The notes under the pieces were generated by a model. That model saw only the letters and a list, made by a program, of their open reading frames with translations, did not search any database and was not told where the DNA came from. From the NCBI GenBank assembly GCA_963716945.1, contig OY970322.1, forward strand, positions 990,001 through 1,022,000: DNA of 32,000 bases, written 5' to 3'. This DNA is from Candidatus Saccharimonadota bacterium. Lineage in GTDB: Bacteria; Patescibacteriota; Saccharimonadia; Saccharimonadales; UBA4665. Made by a program: the position numbers and the translations under genes. This document shows, in pieces, positions 21,213 to 29,266 of the stretch (position 1 is the stretch's first letter; each line of letters begins with the position of its first letter).

Positions 21213-22997
21213 CTAGTCGGTAACTTTGGCCTGGCGGATTTCCCAGTTCTGGACATTGTCGAAGCGGTCGGTGGCCGTGTTAAGGCTGCCGTCGCTCAGG
21301 CCGTTCACCGGGCCGTGTGTCAGGTAGAGCAAACGCGGCTGATAGAGGCCGAGGGCCGGCGCGTCTTCCTGCCACTGCTGCAGGAAGGGCTTGTACTTGA
21401 TAACCCGCAGCGCCGGATCCAGCCGGGTACGGCCGCCTTCCAAGGAGGCGTCGGCAGTCGGATTCTTCCACTCCGAGAGATTGAGCCGGTTGGCCGAACG
21501 GATGTCGGCCTGCGAGCTGTCCCAGTAAACGAAAACGTCCGGATCGGGACCGATTGAAATACCGTAAAGTACCGCGTCATAAGTATGGTAAGCCAGCGTG
21601 CTTTGGAAATCGGCAGCGGCCTGCAGCTGAATATGAACGTCGGCGCCCGCCGCCCCCCACTGCCGCTGCAGTTCACGGGTAACGGCCCGGTATTCGGGCG
21701 TGTCGGAAGCCGTCAGCGTGAAAGTCAGCGGCTGGCCGGCTTTGGTCCGGATACCGTCTTTGCCCACCTGCCAGCCGTCGGCGTCAAGCATCTTGTCGGC
21801 CGCACTCAGGTCGAAGCCGGCCTGGGCGTAAGCCGGGTCATAGGCGAGCTGGCCGGTCAGCAAGGGCTCGCGGACTTCGTGGGTCGGATAACCCAGACCG
21901 GCCATGATCTGCGGCACATCGGCCGATTTGACCAGAGCCTGCCGCACCTGGGCGTCAGCCAGCACGCCGGTTGAAGTCTTGAAGAAGACCATATTGGCCG
22001 CCCGCAGCGACAGGTTATGCTGGATGACCGAACGGTCGTCGCTAACTTGGTCCGGCACTTGGTCCAAGCCCTCGGCGGCCGTTAACTGGTTACTGTCAAA
22101 AGCCTGGATAAGCTGTTGCTGGCTGCCGAAAATCTGGACGTTGAATTTTTGCAGCTTGGGCATCCCGCCTTGGTAATGCGCGAAAGGCGTCAAAGCTATT
22201 TCATAGGTCGTTTTGTCAGGGTCACCGTTGCCGGTAACCTGTACGGCTTGCCAGGCAAAAGGCCCGGCACCAACCGGGTGGACGGTGTTAAAATCAGCCG
22301 ACCTCAGGTCGGAGGGTGGTACGTTGTCCAGCAAATGCTTCGGGACGATACCGTTTGTCAGATTGTAAGGGAAAGAGGCCAGCACGTCAGGCAGTTTGAA
22401 GACGACCGTCTTAGGGTCCGGCGCCGAGACGCTGATGCCGCTCCAGCTGCTTTGTAGAGGCGACTGCGCGTCGGGGTTCTGGATTGACTGGTAAGTGAAC
22501 ACCACGTCGGCGCTGGTCAGCGGCCGGCCGTCCTGCCAGGTCAAATTCGGCTTCAGGTGCACCGTATAAGTCGTACCGCGGCTATCGACGCTATAGTAGC
22601 TGGCCAGGTCGCCGACCAGTTTGCCTTGCTGGTTATAGGTAAACAGGCCGGAAAAAATCAGGCGCGACACCGTGGCGTCGGCATCGCTGGTAGCATACAA
22701 CGGGTTGGCATTGGTAAATATGCCCTTGACGCCCTCGTTGTAGATGCCGCCCGGCACGGTCTGGAAAGACTGGTAGTAGCCGCTCAAGGCCAGGTTCTGG
22801 ACGACTAGCCCGGCGATCAGCAGCACCAGCAGGCTGAGCCAGCCGGCCAAGAAGCGCCGGATCGGACCCAGCCGGCCGAAGCGCCGGAAAAGGTGCCGTT
22901 CGATATTCTGCTCGGCCTGAACGCCAAAGTCCTCGACCTGCTGCTGGCTCTTGCGCAGCCGCCGCCGGAAACGCAGTCTGATAAGCCGGATGCGCAT
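21213..22997 (-). CDS. Family-5 (peptide/nickel, OppA/DppA-like) ABC substrate-binding protein with an Arg-rich N-terminal tail and a TM anchor
   Basis: 594 aa. 'MRIRLIRLRFRRRLRK...', a TM span 'LAGWLSLLVLLIAGLVV', then SBP_bac_5-like regions ('YTVHLKPNLTWQDGRPLTSADVVFTY', 'GAGPF'). No permease or ATPase genes lie nearby. Confidence 0.75.
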   Translation of the reverse strand: MRIRLIRLRFRRRLRKSQQQVEDFGVQAEQNIERHLFRRFGRLGPIRRFLAGWLSLLVLLIAGLVVQNLALSGYYQSFQTVPGGIYNEGVKGIFTNANPLYATSDADATVSRLIFSGLFTYNQQGKLVGDLASYYSVDSRGTTYTVHLKPNLTWQDGRPLTSADVVFTYQSIQNPDAQSPLQSSWSGISVSAPDPKTVVFKLPDVLASFPYNLTNGIVPKHLLDNVPPSDLRSADFNTVHPVGAGPFAWQAVQVTGNGDPDKTTYEIALTPFAHYQGGMPKLQKFNVQIFGSQQQLIQAFDSNQLTAAEGLDQVPDQVSDDRSVIQHNLSLRAANMVFFKTSTGVLADAQVRQALVKSADVPQIMAGLGYPTHEVREPLLTGQLAYDPAYAQAGFDLSAADKMLDADGWQVGKDGIRTKAGQPLTFTLTASDTPEYRAVTRELQRQWGAAGADVHIQLQAAADFQSTLAYHTYDAVLYGISIGPDPDVFVYWDSSQADIRSANRLNLSEWKNPTADASLEGGRTRLDPALRVIKYKPFLQQWQEDAPALGLYQPRLLYLTHGPVNGLSDGSLNTATDRFDNVQNWEIRQAKVTD

Positions 22998-23016
22998 TGG
23001 ATAGCGGTTCCGCCGC

Positions 23017-23232
23017 CTACTTGACGATCACGCTCAGGATCAGCGACAAGCTGAAAACGAGCGCGCAAACGATAGTGATTTGAAAGATTGTCTTGTCGGT
23101 ACCGCGGCGCGTCGTATTGACTTCACCGGCCCCGCCGAGCCCGGCCCCCAGGCTGGCACCGCGCGTCTGGATCAGGATAAGGAAGGTCATCAACGCCATC
23201 GAACCCATTATCAGATAGTCCCAAATACTCAT
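23017..23232 (-). CDS. secG: Preprotein translocase subunit SecG
   Basis: The 71-aa product 'MSIWDYLIMGSMALMTFLILIQTRGASLGAGLGGAGE...' has two TM segments flanking a Gly-rich loop. The start at 23232 overlaps the upstream stop (ATGA). The ORF track's longer 99-aa version is not needed. Confidence 0.75.
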   Translation of the reverse strand: MSIWDYLIMGSMALMTFLILIQTRGASLGAGLGGAGEVNTTRRGTDKTIFQITIVCALVFSLSLILSVIVK

Positions 23233-23609
23233 GATCCCGCCTTCGCGTCCTCCAAAATAGCTGTTACCAGATAGTTTACCAGCCCGATGACCATCCCGGC
23301 AAATACGGCCGCCCAAAAGTTGGTAATGTGCAGCGGGCTATACAGCTTGCTGGCAATGAAAACCGTCAGGCCGTTGATAATAATCATGAACAGCCCCAGC
23401 GTCAGCAGGATAGCCGGCAACGAAAGAATTATGATAATCGGCTTGATAATGACATTGATAATCGCCAGGATCAGGCCGGCGATAACGATAACCCTGAACT
23501 TGCTGTCATAGCTGATGCTGCTGCTCAGGAAACCGGCGGCAATCCATAAACCCAGGCTGCAGACCAACCAACGGGTCAGGAAACGATAAATCGGCCGGCT
23601 GTTACGCAT
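23229..23609 (-). CDS. Phage_holin_4_2 / YvlD-type small membrane protein
   Basis: 126 aa with 4 TM segments: 'LVCSLGLWIAAGFL', 'IIKPIIIILSLPAILLTLGLFMIIINGL', 'WAAVFAGMVIGLVNYL'. Confidence 0.65.
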   Translation of the reverse strand: MRNSRPIYRFLTRWLVCSLGLWIAAGFLSSSISYDSKFRVIVIAGLILAIINVIIKPIIIILSLPAILLTLGLFMIIINGLTVFIASKLYSPLHITNFWAAVFAGMVIGLVNYLVTAILEDAKAGS

Positions 23610-23651
23610 TACCGCTATTATACAGGATTACGCGGCGGCGCGACGGACGGT

Positions 23652-24884
23652 TTAACACAGGTCGCGCGACAATTTGTCGCTGAGAATTTTGATGCCGCCG
23701 GGTACGACCAGTACGTCGTCTTCGATACGGACGCCGATGCCTTCGCGCGGAATATAAATTCCGGGCTCGACCGTCAGGACCATGCCCGGCTCCAGCGGAT
23801 GGTCGTAATCGCCGGCGTCGTGGACGTTAAGCCCCAGGAAATGCGACGTGGCATGCGGATAAAACTGCTTTATGTTTTCGTGCTCGACAGTTTTGATCAG
23901 CCCCAGCTCACGCAGCTTCTCGCCCATGAAATGCTCAACTTGCCGTTCGTAATCCCGGAGCAGCACGCCCGGTTTCAGCAGATCGAAGGCAAAGCGCTGG
24001 ACCTCCAGAACGGCCGCGTGGACGGCCTGCTGGCGCCGCGAGGGCATACCCAGACTGATCGTCCGGGTAATGTCGGCCGCGTAGTGCCTGACTTCGGCGC
24101 CGACATCCATAATGACCAGTTCGTCCGATGACAAAGTACCGGAATTGGACACGTTATGCAGGGTGCAGGCCCGCGCGCCGCCGGCTACGATCGGCTCGAA
24201 GGCATGTCCCGACGCGCCCCGCCGCCGGAAACCGCGGCTCAGCTCGGCCTCCATCTGGTACTCCTGGGCATAGCGGCGCAGTTTGGCCGGCTTAATTGTT
24301 TCACGGATGGCAGCTATGGTAATGGCGACGGCTTCGCGGATGGCTGCCAGCTCGGCCGGCTGCTTGACCATGCGCAAGCGGACCAGGTGCGGCGACAGGT
24401 CAAGCAGTTCAAGGCCTTCCTTGGCGGCTTTCAAACGGGCTACCAGCGCCGCCCGGGCCGGGTTGGTGTACATGCCGTAGTGTTCGACATAAGCCGGCGG
24501 TGTGGCCAGCGTGGCGGCGTGCTTGACTTTCTTGAGCCGGCCGCTCAGCTGGTCCCAGCCGGCTTTGTCATCATAAATCGTCTTGATACCTGAGCGCCGG
24601 GTCAGCTCGTCTTCGTCCGTCGAGCCGTCGAACGCCTGGCGGCTGGCCGACCGTTCCGGGACTATCAGATACTCCTTATCACGGTCCATAACCAGCACGA
24701 TATCCGGCTCGTCGATGCCGGTCAGGTACCAGAAGTTAGCGTCCTGGGCAAAACCGTAAGTACTGTCCGCGCCGCGCTGCAGCAAGCCGTTGGCCGACAC
24801 CACAATCGGCGCCGTGCCGGTGAATAGCTCCTTCAACCGCTGACGGTTGCCGGCAAAGAATTCGCTTGAAAAGTTAGGCTCCAT
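23652..24884 (-). CDS. pepP: Xaa-Pro aminopeptidase (M24B, PepP-like)
   Basis: The start is taken at 'MEPNFSSEFFAGNRQRL' (the ORF opens at 24923). Metal-ligand motifs: 'MDVGAEVRHYAADITRT', 'HATSHFLGLNVHD', 'VLTVEPGIY', 'GVRIEDDVLV'. Confidence 0.85.
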   Translation of the reverse strand: MEPNFSSEFFAGNRQRLKELFTGTAPIVVSANGLLQRGADSTYGFAQDANFWYLTGIDEPDIVLVMDRDKEYLIVPERSASRQAFDGSTDEDELTRRSGIKTIYDDKAGWDQLSGRLKKVKHAATLATPPAYVEHYGMYTNPARAALVARLKAAKEGLELLDLSPHLVRLRMVKQPAELAAIREAVAITIAAIRETIKPAKLRRYAQEYQMEAELSRGFRRRGASGHAFEPIVAGGARACTLHNVSNSGTLSSDELVIMDVGAEVRHYAADITRTISLGMPSRRQQAVHAAVLEVQRFAFDLLKPGVLLRDYERQVEHFMGEKLRELGLIKTVEHENIKQFYPHATSHFLGLNVHDAGDYDHPLEPGMVLTVEPGIYIPREGIGVRIEDDVLVVPGGIKILSDKLSRDLC

Positions 24885-24952
24885 GATCAGACATCCAGTA
24901 TAGCAAAGCCGGCAAGTAATCACCGCCCGTCCCGATGATGTAAGATTAAGCT

Positions 24953-25258
24953 ATGGACCCTATCAACGGCACCCTCAACCGGCTCGGTTTCCTCTTCTGG
25001 AACTGCATCTGTTTCGGCTTGCTCGTAGCTTTCGGGGCCGTTATCGACACCACCAAGGCCAGCCATGTAGGTGATTACTGGCTGCCTTTGCGGATTGCCT
25101 TCATCATCGTATTTGTCCTTCTATCGGCCCTGGTGTTTTGCCGCCGCCTCCAAAATGTCGGCCTCAGCCCGTGGCTGACGCTAATTTATTTCGTGCCGGG
25201 CGCAGGCAGTATGCTCTGGCTGGCGCTGTTCTTCCTCCGGCCGGCCGATTCAAAATAA
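24953..25258 (+). CDS. DUF805-family small membrane protein
   Basis: 101 aa. 'RRLQNVGLSPWLTLIYFVPGAGSMLWLALFFL' matches the DUF805 'RRLHD.G.SGWW.L...IP..G' core. Confidence 0.6.
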   Translation: MDPINGTLNRLGFLFWNCICFGLLVAFGAVIDTTKASHVGDYWLPLRIAFIIVFVLLSALVFCRRLQNVGLSPWLTLIYFVPGAGSMLWLALFFLRPADSK

Positions 25259-26761
25259 TCAGGCTTTAAGCGCTGCCAAATACTTGGCGACTACCGCCGC
25301 CTTGTTAGGGCCGAGCACTTTTATAAGTTCACCCTCTTCAGCCTGGTTCACGCCGCGCATCGAACCGAAAGCCCGCAGGAGTTTTTTGCGGGTAGCCGGA
25401 CCGATGCCCGGGATGTCGTCAAGCAGACTGGCGGTCTGGCGCTTGGTTTTTAGGACGCTGTGGTAGCTGACGGCGAAGCGGTGCGATTCGTCGCGGATGC
25501 GCTGCAGCAGCTTAACGAGGTTGGTGTTGTGCGGCAAGCTAACCAGAATGAAATCGTCGCTCTCACTGGCGAAACCACCCATTTGCTGTAAGCTTAACTT
25601 GTTAAGTGTTACGTTGGATTTATCCTTCTGGATAACGATCTGCTCTTCACGTTTGGCCAGACCGATGAACGGAATCTGTGAACAGCCCTGTTCGTCACGA
25701 GCCTTGATGGCCGCATCAAGCTGGCCTTTACCCCCGTCAATCAGCACTAGGCTCGGCACGCCCCAGGCCTTGCGGTTCTTATCGCTCAGACGGCGCTTGA
25801 TGGTTTCATTCATATTGTAGAAATCATTGTTATGGTCAAGCCTGGTCTTGAATTTGCGGTACTGGGCTTTGTCGCTGACGCCATTGGTGAAGACGACCAT
25901 GCTGGCTACGACGTCGCTGCCTTGCTGGTGGCTAATATCGTAGCCCTCTATCCGGCGCGGAAATTTGGCTATACTTAACAAGTTAACTAATTCGGAAAGG
26001 GCGTGGTCCTTGCTGATGTCCAAGAACTCTTTGTCGCTGAAAATAACCTGCTTATCAAGTCCCCGTAAGGCAAAAAGCTGGTTGCGCAGCTTGGCGGCCC
26101 GCTCGAAGTCGGAGACCTTGGCGGCCCGCTTCATGTCGCGCTCCAGCTCCCTCTCGATTGTCTTGCGCTTGCCTTCGATAACAGCCATGAGCTTGCGTAA
26201 GTTGGCCCTGTAATCCTGCAGGCTGGTCTTGCCCTCTTCCAGCCCCGGGTCTAGCCCCAGGTGATAGTGCAGGCTGGCCCGTTTCTGGCCGGCGACGCGG
26301 CGCGAAGCGAACGGAAAAGCGCGGCGCAACAGTTTCAAGGACTGCCGGACGGCCAGTGTGCTGAAATACGGCCCGAAGTAATGCGCCCCGTCATCGAGCG
26401 GCCGCCGGGTCGTGCCGACCGTCGGATAGTCGCTGTCATAATCGATGCGGATGTAGCTCATGGCCTTGTCGTCGCGCAGCAGGATATTGTAGCGCGGCAT
26501 GTAGCGGCGGATCATTTCGGCTTCCAGGAAAAGGGCTTCCAACTCGCTGTCAACGACCATCCAGTCGAGGTCGGCGATTTCGGCGACCAAAGCCTCGGTC
26601 TTGGGGTCGCGGCTGCGTGATTTTTGAAAATACTGGCGCACGCGGTTGCGCAGCACGGCGGCCTTGCCGACATAGATGATCTCCCCCGTCTTATCCTTAT
26701 GGAAGTAGACGCCGGGCGATTTCGGCAGTTCGTCTAGTTTGGCTTTGAGAGCGTCATTCAT
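25259..26761 (-). CDS. uvrC: Excinuclease ABC subunit C (UvrC)
   Basis: GIY-YIG 'PGVYFHKDKTGEIIYVGKA..LRNRVRQYF', UVR domain 'FERAAKLRNQLFALRGL', endonuclease core, and C-terminal (HhH)2 'IPGIGPATRKKLLRAFGS'. The start is taken at 26761 ('MNDALKAKL'). At 500 aa it is shorter than the typical ~600 aa. Confidence 0.9.
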   Translation of the reverse strand: MNDALKAKLDELPKSPGVYFHKDKTGEIIYVGKAAVLRNRVRQYFQKSRSRDPKTEALVAEIADLDWMVVDSELEALFLEAEMIRRYMPRYNILLRDDKAMSYIRIDYDSDYPTVGTTRRPLDDGAHYFGPYFSTLAVRQSLKLLRRAFPFASRRVAGQKRASLHYHLGLDPGLEEGKTSLQDYRANLRKLMAVIEGKRKTIERELERDMKRAAKVSDFERAAKLRNQLFALRGLDKQVIFSDKEFLDISKDHALSELVNLLSIAKFPRRIEGYDISHQQGSDVVASMVVFTNGVSDKAQYRKFKTRLDHNNDFYNMNETIKRRLSDKNRKAWGVPSLVLIDGGKGQLDAAIKARDEQGCSQIPFIGLAKREEQIVIQKDKSNVTLNKLSLQQMGGFASESDDFILVSLPHNTNLVKLLQRIRDESHRFAVSYHSVLKTKRQTASLLDDIPGIGPATRKKLLRAFGSMRGVNQAEEGELIKVLGPNKAAVVAKYLAALKA

Positions 26762-26826
26762 ATCGTTATTACATTTTACCCTAGCGGCGGCGGGGCCGGC
26801 TAAGGCGAGACGCACCGGGCATTGAT

Positions 26827-27366
26827 TCAGTCAAGCAAGCCGAACTCTTTTATAATGCGGCCGGCCGATTCCTCAGGCGATAGCCGCGACGTATCCAGAT
26901 CCAGGCTGGACGGATAGTCTATCAGGCCGCGGACGTCGTATTTGGCCATCTTGCGGCGCAGGTGTTCAGGATCGGTCGGCTTGTTAAGCTTGCGCCGCGA
27001 TTCATTGCCGATTCGCTCGAACAGCGTGGCGTCCGGAGGCGTCAGGCGGACAAAATGGATCTGTCCGCCGCCTTCAGTAACAACTTTTATAACGTCGGCG
27101 ACGAACTCGTCGCTTTGGCCGGCGGTGTAAGCAAGCGTAAAAATAACGTTCATATCGTAGCGGACGGCGGCTTCGATGACCATCAGCCGCAAACCGTCCA
27201 GCAGGTCGTTCCGCCGCTGATCTTCATCGGCATTGCCGAATAACGGCCTGACCACGTCGACTGTCAGGTGGTTATAGAAAAACTTATAGCCGGTCAGGTC
27301 GGCCAGTTTCTGACCGACGGTATGTTTGCCGGCCGCGGTCGGACCGTAAATAAAGATTAGTTTCAT
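26827..27366 (-). CDS. P-loop NTPase / small kinase-like protein (AAA_33-like)
   Basis: Walker A '[12 protein letters not shown]'. 179 aa. 4-nt overlap with trhO. Confidence 0.6.
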   Translation of the reverse strand: MKLIFIYGPTAAGKHTVGQKLADLTGYKFFYNHLTVDVVRPLFGNADEDQRRNDLLDGLRLMVIEAAVRYDMNVIFTLAYTAGQSDEFVADVIKVVTEGGGQIHFVRLTPPDATLFERIGNESRRKLNKPTDPEHLRRKMAKYDVRGLIDYPSSLDLDTSRLSPEESAGRIIKEFGLLD

Positions 27367-28253
27367 AGCTCTCTAGCGGCGGTTTGGGCGCAGGCCGGTC
27401 CACAGGTCGAAGCCGCCGTCCGGCAGGCCTGGCAGATTAGGACCAGCCGGTTGCAGGCCCGGTTAGCGCAGTTCTCGTAGTTGCTGGTCTTGCCGGCGCA
27501 GTTCGTACAAACGCCGATATCGGCCGCTTTGTCCGAAAACTTTTGGCCCATCCGGCCGTCAAACACGTAGAGCGAGCCTTCCCAGAGGCCGTCGTCGCCA
27601 TAGGCTTCGCCGTATTTAACTATGCCGCCGTCGATCTGGTAGACATCCTGGAAGCCGCGCCGTTTCATCAGCATACTGAGTACTTCGCAGCGGATGCCGC
27701 CGGTGCAATAGGTAACGACGGGCTTGTCTTTGATCGCATCGTACTTGGGGTCGTCCAGTTCGCCGGCGAAATCCCGGGTATGGCCGACTTCCGGCACGAC
27801 GGCGCCCTTGAACCTGCCGACCGCCGCTTCGTAGGCGTTGCGGCCGTCGAAGAAGACTACCTCCTCGCCCCGCTCGGCAACCAGCTCATGGACTTGTTCG
27901 GGTTTCAGCCGCCGGCCGCCGCCGACGATGCCGTCTTGGTTGACTTCGATCTCGCCGGGAACGCCGAAAGTAACGATTTCCGGCCGTACCTTAACCGATA
28001 GGCGCGGGAAATCATCCCGGCCGCCGCCGCTCCACTTAAACTCCATGCCCTTGAAAACGGCGTAGCCCCTGGTTTCCTTGGCATAGGTCTTAAGGTCTTT
28101 TAGCTCGCCGCCCAAAGTACCGTTGATACCGTGCGGCGCGATTATGATCCGGCCTTTGAGGTTTAGCCGTTCGCACAGGGTTCTTTGCCATAAACGGACC
28201 GCTTCGGGGTCGGCCACGGGCGCGAATTTGTAATAAAGAATCGTTTTTTGCAT
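27363..28253 (-). CDS. trhO: Rhodanese-domain tRNA uridine(34) hydroxylase TrhO (UPF0176/YceA family)
   Basis: 'ILYYKF....DPE.....Q...[19 protein letters not shown]', rhodanese active-site loop 'YCTGGIRCE', and a C-terminal Cys-rich tail 'CTNCAGK...CANRACN.L.LICQAC'. Confidence 0.8.
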   Translation of the reverse strand: MQKTILYYKFAPVADPEAVRLWQRTLCERLNLKGRIIIAPHGINGTLGGELKDLKTYAKETRGYAVFKGMEFKWSGGGRDDFPRLSVKVRPEIVTFGVPGEIEVNQDGIVGGGRRLKPEQVHELVAERGEEVVFFDGRNAYEAAVGRFKGAVVPEVGHTRDFAGELDDPKYDAIKDKPVVTYCTGGIRCEVLSMLMKRRGFQDVYQIDGGIVKYGEAYGDDGLWEGSLYVFDGRMGQKFSDKAADIGVCTNCAGKTSNYENCANRACNRLVLICQACRTAASTCGPACAQTAAREL

Positions 28254-28263
28254 AAAGCTTGGC

Positions 28264-29016
28264 CTAGGTCCGGGTCATGAAGAGCACGATTACCAAGGCT
28301 ATGAGGATGGTTATGGCGCCGGCCAAGCCGATATCGACCATGCGGCGGCTTTGCTTGTGCTGCTGCAGCTGGCTGGCTTCGTACAGCGCGCGGGCCTTGA
28401 AGAAAGCCGCCTCCTCTTCGCTATCGTTAATGTTAAGGGCGGCCTTTTCGAGCAGTTCGTTGAGGGCTTCTTTGCCGCGGGCGCCGCTTACGTTTTTGGG
28501 CACCGACCGGGGAACGGCCCCCCGTACGCCCGGGTCGCGCTCGAAATCTATTTCGCGCTCGACGACCTCGCGGCGCAAGGCTTTCCTGAGGTCGCCGCCT
28601 TCCAGGTGCGCGGCGATTAGACGGCGCAAGCCTTGTTCGCCCACCAAGTGGCTCTCGTAAATCTGGCGCAAGCTGCTGCCGTCAATCAGGATGTGCTCGC
28701 TCATGACCAGCAGCTCGGCCCGGCTGATCGTGTCAATCCGCTGACCGGAGGCCGCTTCGCCGCGGCGCTCGGCCGCCTGCTCGCGGCGGCTGTCCGCCCG
28801 GGCAGCGGCTTCGAGGGCCGATTTGCCGGTGTGGCGCCTGATTGGCTCGGTTTCGTTGGCGATGACTAACATCCGGCCGATGTGCTCCGGAGCCGCCTGT
28901 TCGGGACCGGACAATTGGCCGGCAGCGGCTTTGGACAGCTTCTCGGCTACCCGGGCTACTTGGACCTTAGCCTTTTCGGCGGCCTGGCGGGATCTACTAT
29001 CTTCAGCCTTTTCCAT
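28264..29016 (-). CDS. Hypothetical tail-anchored protein (charged, helical cytoplasmic region + C-terminal TM)
   Basis: 250 aa, rich in Ala/Glu/Arg, with a single C-terminal span '[19 protein letters not shown]'. No family recognised. It is the first gene of the trhO/P-loop/uvrC string. Confidence 0.5.
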   Translation of the reverse strand: MEKAEDSRSRQAAEKAKVQVARVAEKLSKAAAGQLSGPEQAAPEHIGRMLVIANETEPIRRHTGKSALEAAARADSRREQAAERRGEAASGQRIDTISRAELLVMSEHILIDGSSLRQIYESHLVGEQGLRRLIAAHLEGGDLRKALRREVVEREIDFERDPGVRGAVPRSVPKNVSGARGKEALNELLEKAALNINDSEEEAAFFKARALYEASQLQQHKQSRRMVDIGLAGAITILIALVIVLFMTRT

Positions 29017-29047
29017 GGTATTGGTTAAGCGTTTATGCTTATTACGG

Positions 29048-29076
29048 TTGCATTAACAGATACTGTAGTATACGAT
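29048..29076 (+). promoter_or_regulatory. Candidate promoter of the ABC-exporter leader
   Basis: TTGCAT (29048..29053), 17-nt spacer, TACGAT (29071..29076). It would give a leader of about 180 nt before the ATG at 29267. Confidence 0.45.
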
Positions 29077-29095
29077 GGAAAGTATTAATTAGCAA
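29067..29095 (-). promoter_or_regulatory. Candidate divergent promoter of 28264..29016; its -10 box overlaps the plus-strand -10 box
   Basis: Minus strand: TTGCTA (29095..29090), 17-nt spacer, TATACT (29072..29067). Confidence 0.45.
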
Positions 29096-29142
29096 TTTCA
29101 TCAGCCTTAAACGGCCGTTGATTTAACCGGAGGCGGCAAAAA

Positions 29143-29196
29143 ATGTACACCACAACGACAACCCTTTTCGAAGTTGCCGCCCCGGCGGCGTGCTAA
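29143..29196 (+). CDS. Candidate 17-codon leader peptide/uORF 'MYTTTTTLFEVAAPAAC'
   Basis: ATG at 29143, preceded by GGAGG (29129..29133) at 9-nt spacing. Five consecutive Thr codons (ACC ACA ACG ACA ACC). TAA stop at 29194. It is not in the ORF track because it is too short, and nothing shows that it is expressed. Confidence 0.3.
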   Translation: MYTTTTTLFEVAAPAAC

Positions 29197-29266
29197 CTCT
29201 CGAAGCCTCAAAAACTTTTACAGGCCAAATTATTGAACCAATCCGCGCTGCAGGAGGCAGTGTGTC

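Noticed and set aside
23229-23609. A 'phage holin'-family gene as evidence for a prophage.
   Set aside because: The Phage_holin_4_2/YvlD family is widespread as a chromosomal membrane protein. Here it is wedged between pepP and secG with a 4-nt overlap, and no phage genes lie nearby.
25259-26761. UvrC is about 100 aa shorter than typical, which might indicate a truncation or pseudogene.
   Set aside because: All hallmark regions are present in order and in frame: GIY-YIG, UVR, endonuclease core and (HhH)2. The shortening looks like linker reduction in a compact genome.
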